Assembly: GCF_006345805.1 (NCBI RefSeq)
Contig: NC_043012.1
Location: 3,534,001-3,598,000 of the forward strand
DNA: 64,000 bases
Direction: 5' to 3'
From: Octopus sinensis
Taxonomy: Eukaryota
Of the stretch, positions 51,214 through 64,000 are shown piece after piece. Below the pieces are notes generated by a model, which worked only from the letters and a program-made list of their open reading frames with translations, searched no databases and was not told the origin of the DNA. The translations under genes and the position numbers were made by a program. How positions within the stretch are numbered: the stretch's first letter is position 1; each line of letters opens with the position of its first letter.

Positions 51214-52255
51214 CAGGGGTCCCCAATTGGTCATGGACCAATACTGAGCTGTGGATCATTTGGTACCAGGCTGCAAAGAATGAATAAATTATTTAATTCT
51301 CTTTCTATTTTATTGATTATTACAGCCTGCAGGGTGTTCTTGCACCATCTATGCATTCATTATCTTTATTTTTTTCTTCTTTAACTTGCTTCAGTCAGCT
51401 GACAGTGGCCATGCTGGGGCACTGCCTTGAAGAACCTTTAGTTGGTCAAATCAACTCCAGTACTTATTTTCTTAAAGTCTGGTATTTATTCTATTATTCT
51501 CTTTTGCTGAACTGTCAAGTGACAGGGACGTAAACACACCAACATTGGTGGTCAAGCAGTGATGGTAGAGACAAACATTGACACAAAGGCACACATACAG
51601 ATATATGGGAGTGCCACATAAAAGCACCTGTGTGGTGCCATGGTGGTTGGCATTAGGAAAGGCATTCAGCCATAGAAACCATGCCAAATCAGACTGGAGT
51701 CTAGTGCAGCTCTGGTCAAACCATCCAACCCATGCCATCATGGACAATGGATGTTAAATGATGATGATGATGAGATATATATATATACACACACACACAC
51801 AAACACATGCACACCCGATAGACTTCCTTCAGTTTCTATCTACTAAATCCACTCACAAGGCTTTGGCTGACCCGAGGCTATAGTAAGAAGGCACTTGTCC
51901 TAGGTGCTAAGCGGTGGGACTGAATTGAAACCATGAGTTTGTGTAGTAAGCTTCTTATCACACACAACCATGCCTGCACGTACAGATTACCATATTTTAA
52001 CATGTATAAGGAACCCCTTAATTTTGGGGGCTTAAAATTTAGAAAAATGTTTTTGTAAGGGATTACAATACTATCCATGTATAAGAAACTCCCATATCTT
52101 TTTAACCTAATTTTGACAAAAAAAGGGTTCCTTATACATGCTAAAATATGGTATTACGCACTTTATTGTGTGTTGTTATGCGCATGATCTGGTCAATGGA
52201 AAAATTGCCTTGCATGAAACAAGTCCATGATGCAAAAAAGGTTGGGGCCCCACTG
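51214..52255. mobile_element. hAT/Charlie-like MITE ends enclosing nested SINEs and a MITE
   Basis: Left end caggggtccccaa, right end ggttggggccccactg. No 8-bp TSD was recognised. Confidence 0.4.
51988..52153. mobile_element. Tc1/mariner-type MITE (166 bp)
   Basis: 29-bp TIRs taccatattttaacatgtataaggaaccc / gggttccttatacatgctaaaatatggta (1 mismatch) with TA at both ends. Confidence 0.85.
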
Positions 52256-53616
52256 TTGCTCTGATTGTCATAATAAGATCTGTAATGTAGTTGGTAAGAA
52301 AATGGGTTGTGATTGGGTTAAAGATCCTCCAGCTAATTAGTTGAATGGTGGTTGGGGGTAGTGGCGGTGGTGGTGGGTGATTGCTTACTTCATAGGTTGT
52401 TTCAGGAGTCTAGGTTAAATACTGAATAAATATCACTCCAACATTTTTTTTTTTTTAGTTGGGATGTCAGTTGATGACCTTTTAGCATACAAACATGGTG
52501 GTGCATACCATTTGTTTGCTAAGTTTGAAAATAGTTATAGTCATTAAAACAAGAAGACGAAGACAGCTGAGATTACAAACAGTCCAGAGGTAAGGAATGT
52601 GGCAAGTAAATGAAAGTGACACAGATACAGAAGAGAACACACTTTGCATACATACACATACATACATATACATACACACAGGTGAGATCTTTTAATAAGC
52701 CTCCCCTCCTCAGGGAAAAAAAAAATCAACTAGGTGTGGATGGTTCTTAAGACAGAAATGAAAGCCATAACTGATGAGTAATCCTTGCCATTGTGATGCA
52801 AATTTAATGGGCAGGTGAGAAGTAGATGTAGGAGAGAACTGGACTAAATACCAGATAGCAGTGGTTGTTGTTTAGTGTTAGGTGAACTTAGGGTTAACAG
52901 GCCCTTGATCAAAGGTATTCCAGGCATGACCATCCTATCTTTTCTACTCTAGGCACAAAGCCTGAAATTTTGGGGGAGGGGGCCAGTTGATTAGATCGAT
53001 TCCAGTACGCAACTGGTACTTAATTTATCGACCCTGAAACGATGAAAGGCAAAGTAGACCTCAGCAGAATTTGAACTCAGAATGTAAAGACAGACGAAAT
53101 ACTGCTAGCATTTTGCCCAGCGTGCTAACATTTCTGCCGCCTTATTCTGCCTAGGTCTACTTTGCCTTTCATTTCTTTTATAAGTTGACGAGATGTGATC
53201 TGGAGGAGATTTAGTTCCTTTTTCAAGCAGATCTAGTTTTCATGTAGAAGTTAATTCAAATTCTTGCACAGAACTATGTTCCTTTTTACCTCTAAATTTA
53301 TAGGGTATAATTCAAAGATGTTATGATTCCTACTTCTAGCAGCTCAAGCAACTAAGTCGAAGCTTTTGCAATATTTTGTACAGTAGTCAATTATTCATGT
53401 TTTAAGTTCAAACCTCAACAGAGTTGACTTTGCCTCCCATCCCTGCTAAGTTTGATAATAAGTGCTAAGCGTATACTGGTAGTGATTAAATCTATCATAT
53501 TCCTTCTCTATATATCTACAACATCAGTATATTTTTAGTGTTGATTAAATCTATTTTCTTTTGTGTTTGGATTTGGTTTGCAAGATTCTTCATGTGAGTT
53601 CGTATGTTGATTTTGT

Positions 53617-53840
53617 TGTGTCTGGGGAGAGTCATTCTCTTTTAGTGCTTTATTATTTAACACACTCACCAGTAAAGTTCCAACTCATTTACCTATTTAT
53701 CTTTTCCTAAAATTTTAGTTGCATCTTGCATTGAAAAGGTTGCAAGATGCAATGAAAATTTTAGGAAAAAATATGGAAACTTTACTGGTGAGTGTGTTAA
53801 ATAATAAGGCACTAAAAGAGAATGACTCTCCCCAGATACA
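53617..53840. repeat. Second, internally deleted copy of the fold-back element
   Basis: Same tgtgtctggggagagtcatt...aatgactctccccaga ends and the same unpaired left extension (gatttggtttgca.gattctt). Confidence 0.88.
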
Positions 53841-55720
53841 TTCATTCTCCATTAATTTATAACCTTTTGGCAATGTAATAAATCATTATGAGTTAGAAAA
53901 ATTTAAGAACTACACAGATTAAAAATTCTCTTGCAAAAAGTTCACAGCCCAAAAGCAATAAACACATCAAGAGCATAACATAAATTAACGATTATTATCA
54001 TTGTCATTATTATAACAAAATTCCAAGTGGGCCAAGTCTACAGTTATATCTTGAGACTGAGTGACTATGAATCTTCTCAACTCTCAAGTACTTTACAAAA
54101 AATTCTTACAAAATAGAAGATAGTTCTCTGTAACTATAATAATCTACGTTTCAGTTTCGACACATTTCTCTGTATGTTGAACAGCCCTTGCTTTGGCATT
54201 GTCCCTACTGCTCATGTGTGGATAATAGGGATAACTTTTACTGACTGCTCCATAGTTTTTTTCAGTTCACTGACTAAGTCCAGATACCTCATTTTTTTTT
54301 TTAACTTTATTTCCACTCTGATATTACTAGTTAGTCCACATTACAATGTAAGGAGCATACAACTGGTTTCTTGGTTTTTCTGGCAAATATATTCGTTCCT
54401 GGATGCGATGCCAGGATTACTCATTTTTTGCCCGCTGAGTGAACTACAGCAATGTGAAATGAAGTGTTTTGCTCAAGAACACAATGCATCGCCCAGTCCA
54501 GGAATCAAAACCACAATCTTACAATCATGAATCCAACACCCTAACCACTAAGCCATGTACCTCCACTCTGATATTACATGGTATAACAAAATAACCTTAC
54601 AAAATATCGTTTCTTTTTTCTCTCTATTACGATTACATCTGGTTTAAGTGCTTCTAATTACACGATCAGTTTATACAGTAAAGCTTCATGACATCTTCCA
54701 ACAGTAATGTACAATAACAGGTTCTGATGACTGGTTTTGGAACTATTTTTACTTCTACTTTAAATCCAGACTTATTACTAAGCCTCCTACTCTATCTTTA
54801 TATTTACCCTGTTGTCCTCTTTTCCATACTTTTTATATTATTTCACTACATTCATACAATTTACAGTTGTCAGTTTCAGTCTACTTCACTACACATCTGA
54901 CACTTTACTGTCTTTCAATTGATTTCTCTCTATTTTAACTTTAACAAGGATGTCTCGACCACTTGTTCTTGTTTGCTCTAAGAATAGAGTTCTTGGTTTC
55001 CAACTTAATCATCCACCTGTTGGCCAAGCCCTTGCTCTTTTCTTGCCATATTCTGTTTGTCTGAAACCTACTCTTCAACATTAATCATTTGTTTACCTTT
55101 ATCACGTTGGCACATTTGTCCTACCTCTTCTTCCTGTCATCTTTACCATATTTTCCCCCACTATTTCTTCCTCAGTAAAGTGATCTGGGATTCCCACTCC
55201 TTCCTCATTTTTTTCCAGTGGATGTTCAAGATGAATGTCAAATACATTAAGGTTAGAGGCACCACTTCTACTTTGACTAAGTTACTTAAAAAAAAAAATT
55301 ATCATCTGCTACTCATATATATATTGTTGTATTTTGGGATGGTCTTTTTTTCTTCAAAATAAACACATGCACTATATATTCATTCTTCACTCATTTATTA
55401 CTGGTCTTATTCTAACTCATGTCTATAGTCTCGGAATCTTTTGTCGCACACATGTGACCTCTTCAATGACATTTTCTGTCTCCATGTGTGCTCTTCATAC
55501 ACAAAGATGGAAAGTGTCGCTGAGGAGGTCACAGATGTATGACAATGGACATGAGCTAGACTAAGAACAGTAATAAATGAGTGAAGAACGAATATATAGT
55601 GCGTGTATTTATTTTGAAAAAAAACAAAAAAAACTACCATCCTGAAATTCAACAATATGTTTCAGCAATATGTTTCAACACACAACTTCACTTCAGGAAT
55701 CTTGCAACACAAATTCATTC

Positions 55721-55762
<42 letters not shown>

Positions 55763-56061
55763 TGGTGGCACATAAAATGCACCATCCGAACGTGGCTGAT
55801 GCCAGCGCCACCTTGACTGGCTTCCGTGCTGGTGGCACATAAAAAGCACCAATCGATCGTGGCTGTTGCCAGCCTCGCCTGGCACCTGTGCCGGTGGCAC
55901 GTAAAAAGCACCCACTACACTCATGGAGTGGTTGGCGTTAGGAAGGGCATCCAGCTGTAGAAACACTGCCAGATCAGACTGGAGCCTGGTGCAGCCTTCT
56001 GGCTTCCCAGACCCCGGTTGAACCGTGCATGGAAAACGGATGTTAATGATGATGATGATGA

Positions 56062-56112
<51 letters not shown>

Positions 56113-58429
56113 CACCACTGCTCTTCTTGGTTGCATCAACACATATAGGCAGCACTGGATTAACTATTAAGCAAAGTAGGCATGTGAAGGGAGGAGGGCA
56201 CCACAAAAATGGTAAGTGGTTTATGGCACAAGAGAAATCACTTTAAACTTGCTAAAATAATTGATTTAGAGGCTACAAACAACATGGCTAAACATAGCCA
56301 TATCAATAAGATCCAAGAAGAACAGAAGAGAAACAACACTGAGAAGGTCAAATTACATTTTATCAGTTGTAGTTATAGAAGAACCTGAAACTATAAAGTA
56401 CATTTTTCTCAGTGTTATGAACTCCACAACGACTTATTTAATTGCTATAAAATGGCAAAAAAAAAAAAAAACCCATTCCCTCGTTGGCTATATGAATATA
56501 ATGAAAATATACAGGCAAGAACTTTATCCAGAGCTAAATTATTTGAAGTCGAAACAATTACACCGATAAGCAACATTTGTGAAATGCAAGAGGTGGGTTG
56601 ATGGTTGTAATCTTATTCCCAAGTGTGAAGGGGGAACAAATAATGCTACATGAGTATTCTCCTATAACAAGGATGACACATATGACAACAGAAACAGATC
56701 AGACATCTACAGTTACCATTTTATGTTACCTCACTGTGAGGCTGACTATAGCACACACTAAATGTCAATGATTTATAGCAGCAGGAACTGCAATAAATGT
56801 ATTTATGAGCTGGAAGAGACAAGAATATAAACAACTAGTGAAGTGTTTCAAGAAAAGATTATTTTGCTTTTAAAGTAACCACTATAAAACAAACCATTGG
56901 GCTGATAAGAGACCTGCCAAGCTTGATGCTGACAATGATGAATGAAATTAGGAGTTGAGTGGGGGCGATTATTTACAGCAAAGCAATGTTCTTTGGAGAT
57001 ACAAATCTGTAAACAAAAGCAAAACTTAGCAGGACAATGCCATAATGGATTTGGGAAATGGGAAGAGTCTGCTATTTGGCACTGATGCATATCACATGCA
57101 AACAAATAACTACACTCATATGCACCCTCTAACCCAAATGAAAAATAAAATGTTGGGAGAGGCCTATGCTTCCTTCCAAACCATGTTGCCTCATGTTCAT
57201 TCTTACAATGTGGCACCTTGGGCAAGTGTCTTCTCCAGGCTGATCAAAGCCATGAGTGGTTCAGGTAGACAAAAGCTGAAAAAAGCTCATACCTCTCTCT
57301 CTCTGTTCTGGGTTCAGTCCTACTATGTGGTACCTTGAGGAAGTGTCTTCTGCTATAACCACAGGCTGACCAAAACCTTATGAGTAGATTTAGTTGATGA
57401 AAACTGAAGGAGCCACACACACACACCTTTGTGTCTATGTTTTCCCACAAACACCACTTGACAACTAGTATTGATGTGTTTACATCCCCATGACTAAGCA
57501 GTTCAGCAAAAGAATCTGATAGAATAAGTACCAGTTTTAAATAAAAAAAAATATGTACTGGGGTTGATTCATTCAACTAAAATTCTTCAAGACAGTGCCC
57601 CAGCATGGCTGCAGTCAGATGACGGAAACAAGTAAAAGATAAAAGATGTGTTTGTGTTTGACCCCTACCACTGCTTGACAATGAGTGTTCGTTTACGTCC
57701 CCATAACTTTGTAGTTCAGTGAAAGTGAGTGATAGAATAAATATCAGGCTTAAAAAACAAAAAACAAAGTACTGGTGTTGATTTGTTCAACTAAACCCTT
57801 CAAAGAGGGGTCCCAGTATGGCCACAGTCCAATGACTGAAACCAAAAAAAAACGACTACACATACACACACACATAACTAAGAGGCATCAGATGTTGTGT
57901 GCAAGATAGAAGCCTGCACTGCTTTGGTCATGTAATGCGTATGGAAGAGGACAGTTGCGTATAGAAGTGCTGAGCTCTAATTGTGGAGGGTACCTGTGGA
58001 AGGAGTAGACCCAGGAAGACATGGGATGAAGTGAGAAACGATCTTCAGATGCTGGGCTTCACTGAGGAAATCACAAGGAACTGAGACATGTGGTGATTTG
58101 CCATTCTTATAAGACATGTCAAGCTAAGTAAAATCGCTGTCTTCCACACATACAAGCTTGTCCTTTCAGGTGCTGGAGCTGCATTAAAAGCACCCGTGCC
58201 AGTGCTGCATAGGTGCACCTGTGCTAGTGGCATGTAAAAAGCAGCCAGCACACTCTGGGCATCCAGCCATAGATAGAAACGATGCCACCGCAGACAATTG
58301 GAGTCTGGACAGCTCCCAGCAGCCTGCTCCATGTCAAACTGTCCAACCCATGCCAACATGGGAAGTGGACGTTAAACAATGATGATGATCATGACTAATA
58401 ACTAAAAGAAATAAAGAATATATTTATGT

Positions 58430-58826
58430 GTAGTAAGTATCTTGCTTACCAACAACATGGTTCCGGGTTCAGTCCCACTGCGTGGCACCTTGGGCAAGTG
58501 TCTTCTACTATAGCCTCGGGCCGACCAAAGCCTTGTGAGTGGATTTGGTAGGCGGAAACTGAAAGAAGCCTGTCGTATATATGTATGTATATATATATGT
58601 ATGTGTGCGTGTATGTTTGTGTGTCTGTGTTTTTCCTCCTAGCATTGCTTGACAACCGATGCTGGTGTGTTTATGTCCCCGTCACTTAGCGGTTTGGCAA
58701 GGGAGATCGATAGAATAAGTACTGGGCTTACAAAAGAATAAGTCCCGGGGTTGAGTTGCTCGATTAAAGGCGGTGCTCCAGCATGGCCGCAGTCAAATGA
58801 CTGAAACAAGTAAAAGAGTAAAAGAG
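58430..58826 (+). mobile_element. SINE family A
   Basis: Near-identical to 10140-10544; 5' end slightly truncated. Confidence 0.85.
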
Positions 58827-61800
58827 ATACCCAACCAAGATATGTAGTTGGGAATGGAGATGGGTTAAAAGTTTCTTCTCATGCAGTTATATCACAAGTA
58901 CAACTAACACCTTAACACATCACTCTGCAATTTTCTGTGACTTTTCTTTGTGTAAATAAAAAAAAAGTAAATAAACAAATAACAAAGTATGCTTCAGCAT
59001 TCCACTGTGGCTGACAGACCTGATGAATTTTACACCAGCTTTAACGTAAAGGTGTAACTAATTTTTCGACATATAGCCATGTAACATTCAATGCTTTAGA
59101 TGCTATGTGCTTGGTGCTTGGGTTAGTGCAAAATGCACTGCAATGCCAATCACTTGATAAATTGTTTTATGACCTGACATACGAAACATGCATCTTTAAG
59201 TTTTCTTTTATGTTGTATATGAGTGCAAAGAGTTCAAACTTATTCCCCAAAATATTCCAGACATACTTCCTGCTTTTGAACTGAAGACAAAATCTAAAGG
59301 TGTTGTATGTATTACTATGAATGTGTAAATGATGTATTTGTAGAAACATACATATATAGATACATAGACACATACACTCACATATATACATGCATACAGA
59401 CACATACACTTCACATACATACATACATACAAACATAAGTGCATTTGTAAATATATACATAGTTGTACATGCACAAGCACAAACCTATATTGTATATGGT
59501 GTGACTGTATTATGCTTTTATATGTAGAAACCTGCTCACTACATGTTTATGGTAAAGGTGTGTAGAGATAATTTATGGACCTAGGATAATATTCTAGTTC
59601 TAGGCACATGTGTACAGAAATACACACACACACAGATACTAAATAAAAGGCACCCCTTTGTTGGGGTGAATGATTTATTAAGACACTTTAGTTAGGTATA
59701 GGATTCATACATGCCTCTTAGGTGAACGTATATATTTCTACATTCCTTTTTGGCATCTTAGAACAGTTGAACCAGGACATATTTTGATATTTTAAGTTTA
59801 CCATAGCAACATATTTTCCTTATAAGGTGGTGAGCTAGCAGAAACGTTAGCACACCGGGCGAAATGCTACATTCTGAGTTCAAATTCCACCAAGGTTGAC
59901 TTTGCCTTTCATCCTTTCGGGGTCGATTAAATAAGTACCAGTTACACACTGGGGGTCGATAATCGACTTAATCCGTTTATCTGTCCTTGTTTGTCCCCTC
60001 TGTGTGTAGCCCCTTGTGGGCAGTAAAGAAATATGATATTTTCCTTATATGTTGCCTTTTGTTAAAAGGATTACACAGACTGCATCCATCACTTTACTCT
60101 CATCTAAATATAATTCTTTTAGTGCAAATAATGATAGGCGCCAGTGACTTTTTTCAAAAGCTGTGCTACCAACAATGCCTAATGCATACCACACGATTGC
60201 CAGTGAAAATGCAAGAACTTCTATGTGGTTGCTTAACATGATAGAAATACCAGCTGAATTGCTATCAAATTACACCCTTTCATCTTATTAAGGAATACAC
60301 TGGATGATGTAGTGCTACATAAACAAATAGATGGAATGGTCACAATCAGAACACCTTTGGTTATAAGCTTGCTCAGTCAGGGATGACTTCTATCTAAACA
60401 ACAAAACTATCAAATAATCCAATCGACAGTGTAAGCTAATACAGGCTTTAGAATATATTGATAAAATGAAAACATACTATGAAAAAATTTTAAAACAAAA
60501 TTAAACAAGAGTGCTTGAGATTAAGATTCAGGTATATTCTAAATCAACATCCACTTTTAAGTGATGATAAATATTACCTTTTATTATCAATACTGCTTCT
60601 GTCACTATTAATTATTTTTTAATAAGCCACTGGCTGTTTGCAACACCAATGCCTGATTAGGCACTGAGATTCCATGTATATTGCTAGCGGAGGAATCACT
60701 GATATTTCCAGTTATCAGGCGTCTACCACTGACAAGGCCTAGGAAGGCTGAAATCACATGATCTGGAAGTCCTGGCAGCAGCAATAACAGCTGATTATCT
60801 CTTGCTAGTTGTGTAAACAAGAGTGCTTATACACACCAAAATTCCATATAAGAGGTTCTTTCATGGTAACTATCACAGATTTCTGTGTTCCAACACAACA
60901 ACCATTTTTAAGTGGTGATAAAAATTAACATTCATTTAATTTTATAAACTGCCATCCTGCTATGAGACCATTCTAGTAAGCACCATCTTGCTTCCACAGC
61001 CACCTAGTTTTATGCTAGCATAATAAAGAGTATCTCATTAGCCTAGATTTTCCAAGCAGTTACTATGCTACATGCCTAATTAATTTTTCATTCTTTTCAC
61101 ACTGATAATGTGTTTTTTAGTACTCAATGAATATAAAAAAAGACAAGTACACAAGCTTTTTAAAAATGAAAATTTGAGATTCTCATCTATTTTCCTGTTG
61201 TTGGCCTCTAGTAGGCAAAAATATTCTTTATTAGAGAAGACAATGAGATGCATGTTTTAATAATTTGAACAAATTATCAATGAGACCAATAAGATTTTTA
61301 TGGAAAAAAAAAAAAAAATCCCAAGGGTTAATTACTCAGAGACATCATTTGCATGAAAAACAATAGTTAAGTTAGTGTCAACATATTTAATGTAAAGAGA
61401 ATGAAAATTTTAATTAGAAATGTTTAGTTTACTAAGTATGGGAGACAACTTTGAACATGGTTTGGTCTTATTAGACCTCCTCAGCCAAACATAACATTCT
61501 CTATATTGCCAAAGTAGCAATAGGAGAAAAAATAAATAGATGTAGAATATTGCATACAAGCAGGTTTACTATCTTGATCCTGTGAAAGGAAACTTCTAAA
61601 CACTTGCTAAATTTACTTAATGTTGTAGCAACCAAAACCTCCCTCTACAATCTCCCTAATGTCTTTAGAATGGAGACCATGGGATTTCAAGCCTTAGATT
61701 GTAAGACAACAGTGCTTTACATTGCACATAGGATAGTTTTACGGCTAAAATGCCAAAACTGACTGTTGAAAATTGTCTTTTGTGTCTTAGTTTCATGACA

Positions 61801-62025
61801 AATGGTCTACTTTAGAAGATCTGACTGATATAGGAAAGATATGTTTTAAAAAAAAAAAAAAGAAAAAGAAAAGGAACAAGAGCAATAACAGCAGAGGAGC
61901 TTCTGAATGGGTAGGCCAACCTGTTTAGAAATAACAGCAACATTTCCCTTATTTCACAGCTCAATGTTTCGTTTTGGGATTTGGTTTGCATGATTCTTTA
62001 TATGAGTTTGTGTGTTGAAGCATAA

Positions 62026-62293
62026 TCTGTTGTGTCTGGGGAGAGTCATTTTCTTTTTGTGCCTTATAATGTAACACACTCACCGGTAAAATTTCCACTT
62101 ATTTCTTATTTTTATTTTCCTAAATCTTTCGTTGCGTCTTGCAACCTTTTCAATAGTCTTGACTATTGAAAAGGTTGCAAGACGCAACGAAAATTTTAGG
62201 AAAATAAAAATAAGAAATAAGTGGAAATTTTACCGGTGAGTGTGTTACATTATAAGGCACAAAAAGAAAATGACTCTCCCCAGACACAACAGA
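62026..62293. repeat. 268-bp near-perfect fold-back palindrome
   Basis: Arms of about 133 bp around a 2-nt loop (caatagtc-tt-gactattg at 62151-62168). Confidence 0.92.
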
Positions 62294-62893
62294 ACAACTC
62301 AATGTATTTAAAAGGATGTCTAAGACTAAATTAGGTAGACACATGACTCTGTAAGGAAAGGTAAAAAAAAAAAAAAAAGGACACTGTGGCTGGCCTGGCA
62401 TACTTTTGATCATAGGTCTTCTCAAATCAGGGCCAACCGAGGACTAAATAACAACAGCATTCTAATGGGTTTGCAGGTAATTAATGGGAACCCTTGCTTC
62501 AATGATAAAGTTTCCCTAGGGGTGAAACAGTTCGAAATAATTTATGCTGAATTGTTTCTAATCTCATTTCCTCCCCCCACAAATAACAGAAAGAAAAAAG
62601 ATAAAAAGAATACCCCATTCCAGATTCCACCAACACCCCTGCTATAGCTTTCTTCTTGCCTCTCCACCTTCTCTATTATAAATAACAGGCATTTTTACCT
62701 ACTTCCCTTTGTGCTGTCAAGGTTAGGCCACAGTTGACTAGTCAACCTTTATTTAGGGTTGCTTCAAATTTTTTTTGTACCTCATAGCCTTTTCCTATAC
62801 AGTAATGATACAAACTAAACATGTGTTAGATAAATGAATTCAAATTTGTTGCTATTATTATTATTATTATTATTATTATTATCATTATTATTA

Positions 62894-62930
<37 letters not shown>

Positions 62931-63505
62931 GACAGCAAGCTGGGCAAAGTGCTCAGCAGCATCTCATCTGTCTTGATGTTCTGAGTTCAAATTCTGCTGA
63001 AGTTAACTTCATCTTTTATTCTTTCGGGGTTAATAAAAATAAGCCCCAGCTGAGTACTGAGGTCAATGTCACCAAGTGGCCTTTTTCCCCAAACTTGCTG
63101 GTATTGTGCTAAAATTTAAAACTATCATCATCATCATCATCATTATTATTATTATTATTTAAGGCAACGAGCTGGCAGAATCGTTAGCATGCCGGATGAA
63201 ATGCTTAGCAGTATTTCATCAGCTGCTATGTTCTGAGTTCAAATTCTGTCGAGGTCGACACTGCCTTTCATCCTTTTGGGGTAGATTAAATAAGTACCAG
63301 TTACGCACTGGGTTCGATGTAATTGACTTAATCCCCACCCTCCAAGCAGCCCTTGTGGCAAAAATTTGAAATCATCATCATCATCGTTATTATAATTATT
63401 ATGTCAAGCTTGCAGAATTGTTAGCGTGTCTGAGAAAATGTACACTGGCATTTCCTCTGGCTTTTATGTTCAAATTCTGCTCGGTTGACTTTGGTTTTCA
63501 TTCTT

Positions 63506-63670
63506 TCAGTGGCTGTGTGGTAAGTAGCTTGCTTACCCACCACATAGTTCCAGGTTCAGTCCCACTGTGTGGTACCTTGGGCAAGTGTCTTCTACTATAG
63601 CCTCGGGCCGACCAAAGCCTTGTGAGTGGATTTGGTAGACGGAAACTGAAAGAAGACCGTCGTATATATG

Positions 63671-63703
<33 letters not shown>

Positions 63704-63885
63704 TTGTGTGACTGTGTTTGTCTCCCCAACATCACTTGACAACCGATGCTGGTGTGTTTACGTCCCCGTAACTTAGCGGTTCGGCGAAAGACACCAATAG
63801 AATAAGTCCTGGGGTCGATTTGCTCGACTAAAGGCAGTGCTCCAGCATGAACACAGTCAAATGACTGAAACAAGTAAAAGAGAGA
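63506..63885 (+). mobile_element. SINE family A
   Basis: Near-identical to 963-1365. Confidence 0.85.
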
Positions 63886-64000
63886 AAAAAAGAGAGTACA
63901 CCAATCAAGCGATGGGGTTGATGTAATTGATTAGCCCCCACCACCACTCTCAGAAATTCAGGCCTTATGCCTATAGTAGAAAGAATTATGATGATTATGA

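Noticed and set aside
52550-52605. Plus-strand AG...GTAAGG exon-like segment (similar donors at 51187 and 56212)
   Set aside because: Isolated splice-like signals with no coherent reading frame or homology, as expected by chance.
60608-60820. 70-aa minus-strand ORF in unique sequence
   Set aside because: No recognisable homology and no convincing donor.

Overview
Eukaryotic, repeat-rich animal DNA. The SINE/RTE families and intron scale point to an octopod cephalopod (inference, not verified). The only supportable protein-coding gene is ARNT/HIF-1beta (tango-like bHLH-PAS) on the minus strand. I traced 14 coding exons by hand from 37273 to the stop at 8719. All have AG/GT boundaries and consistent phases (1930 nt, about 642 aa). 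The start-codon exon was not found and may lie upstream of 50 kb or beyond the window. A roughly 3.6 kb transposon-free 3' UTR follows and contains a long hairpin. The rest is introns and intergenic DNA packed with tRNA-SINEs, RTE LINE remnants, MITEs, a Helitron-like element carrying a satellite, and a 1.7 kb satellite built on TTCCTGGAA. Best leads: (1) three type-I hammerhead ribozyme motifs in short Penelope-like inserts, one with a near-intact fold on the ARNT sense strand; (2) long dsRNA-forming structures relevant to A-to-I editing; (3) two fold-back elements whose arms match within a copy but differ between copies; (4) a degenerate duplicate of an ARNT exon end inside an RTE element. 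No CRISPR or prokaryotic system is present. Most ORF-track entries are spurious translations of repeats. No entirely new system can be proven from sequence alone.
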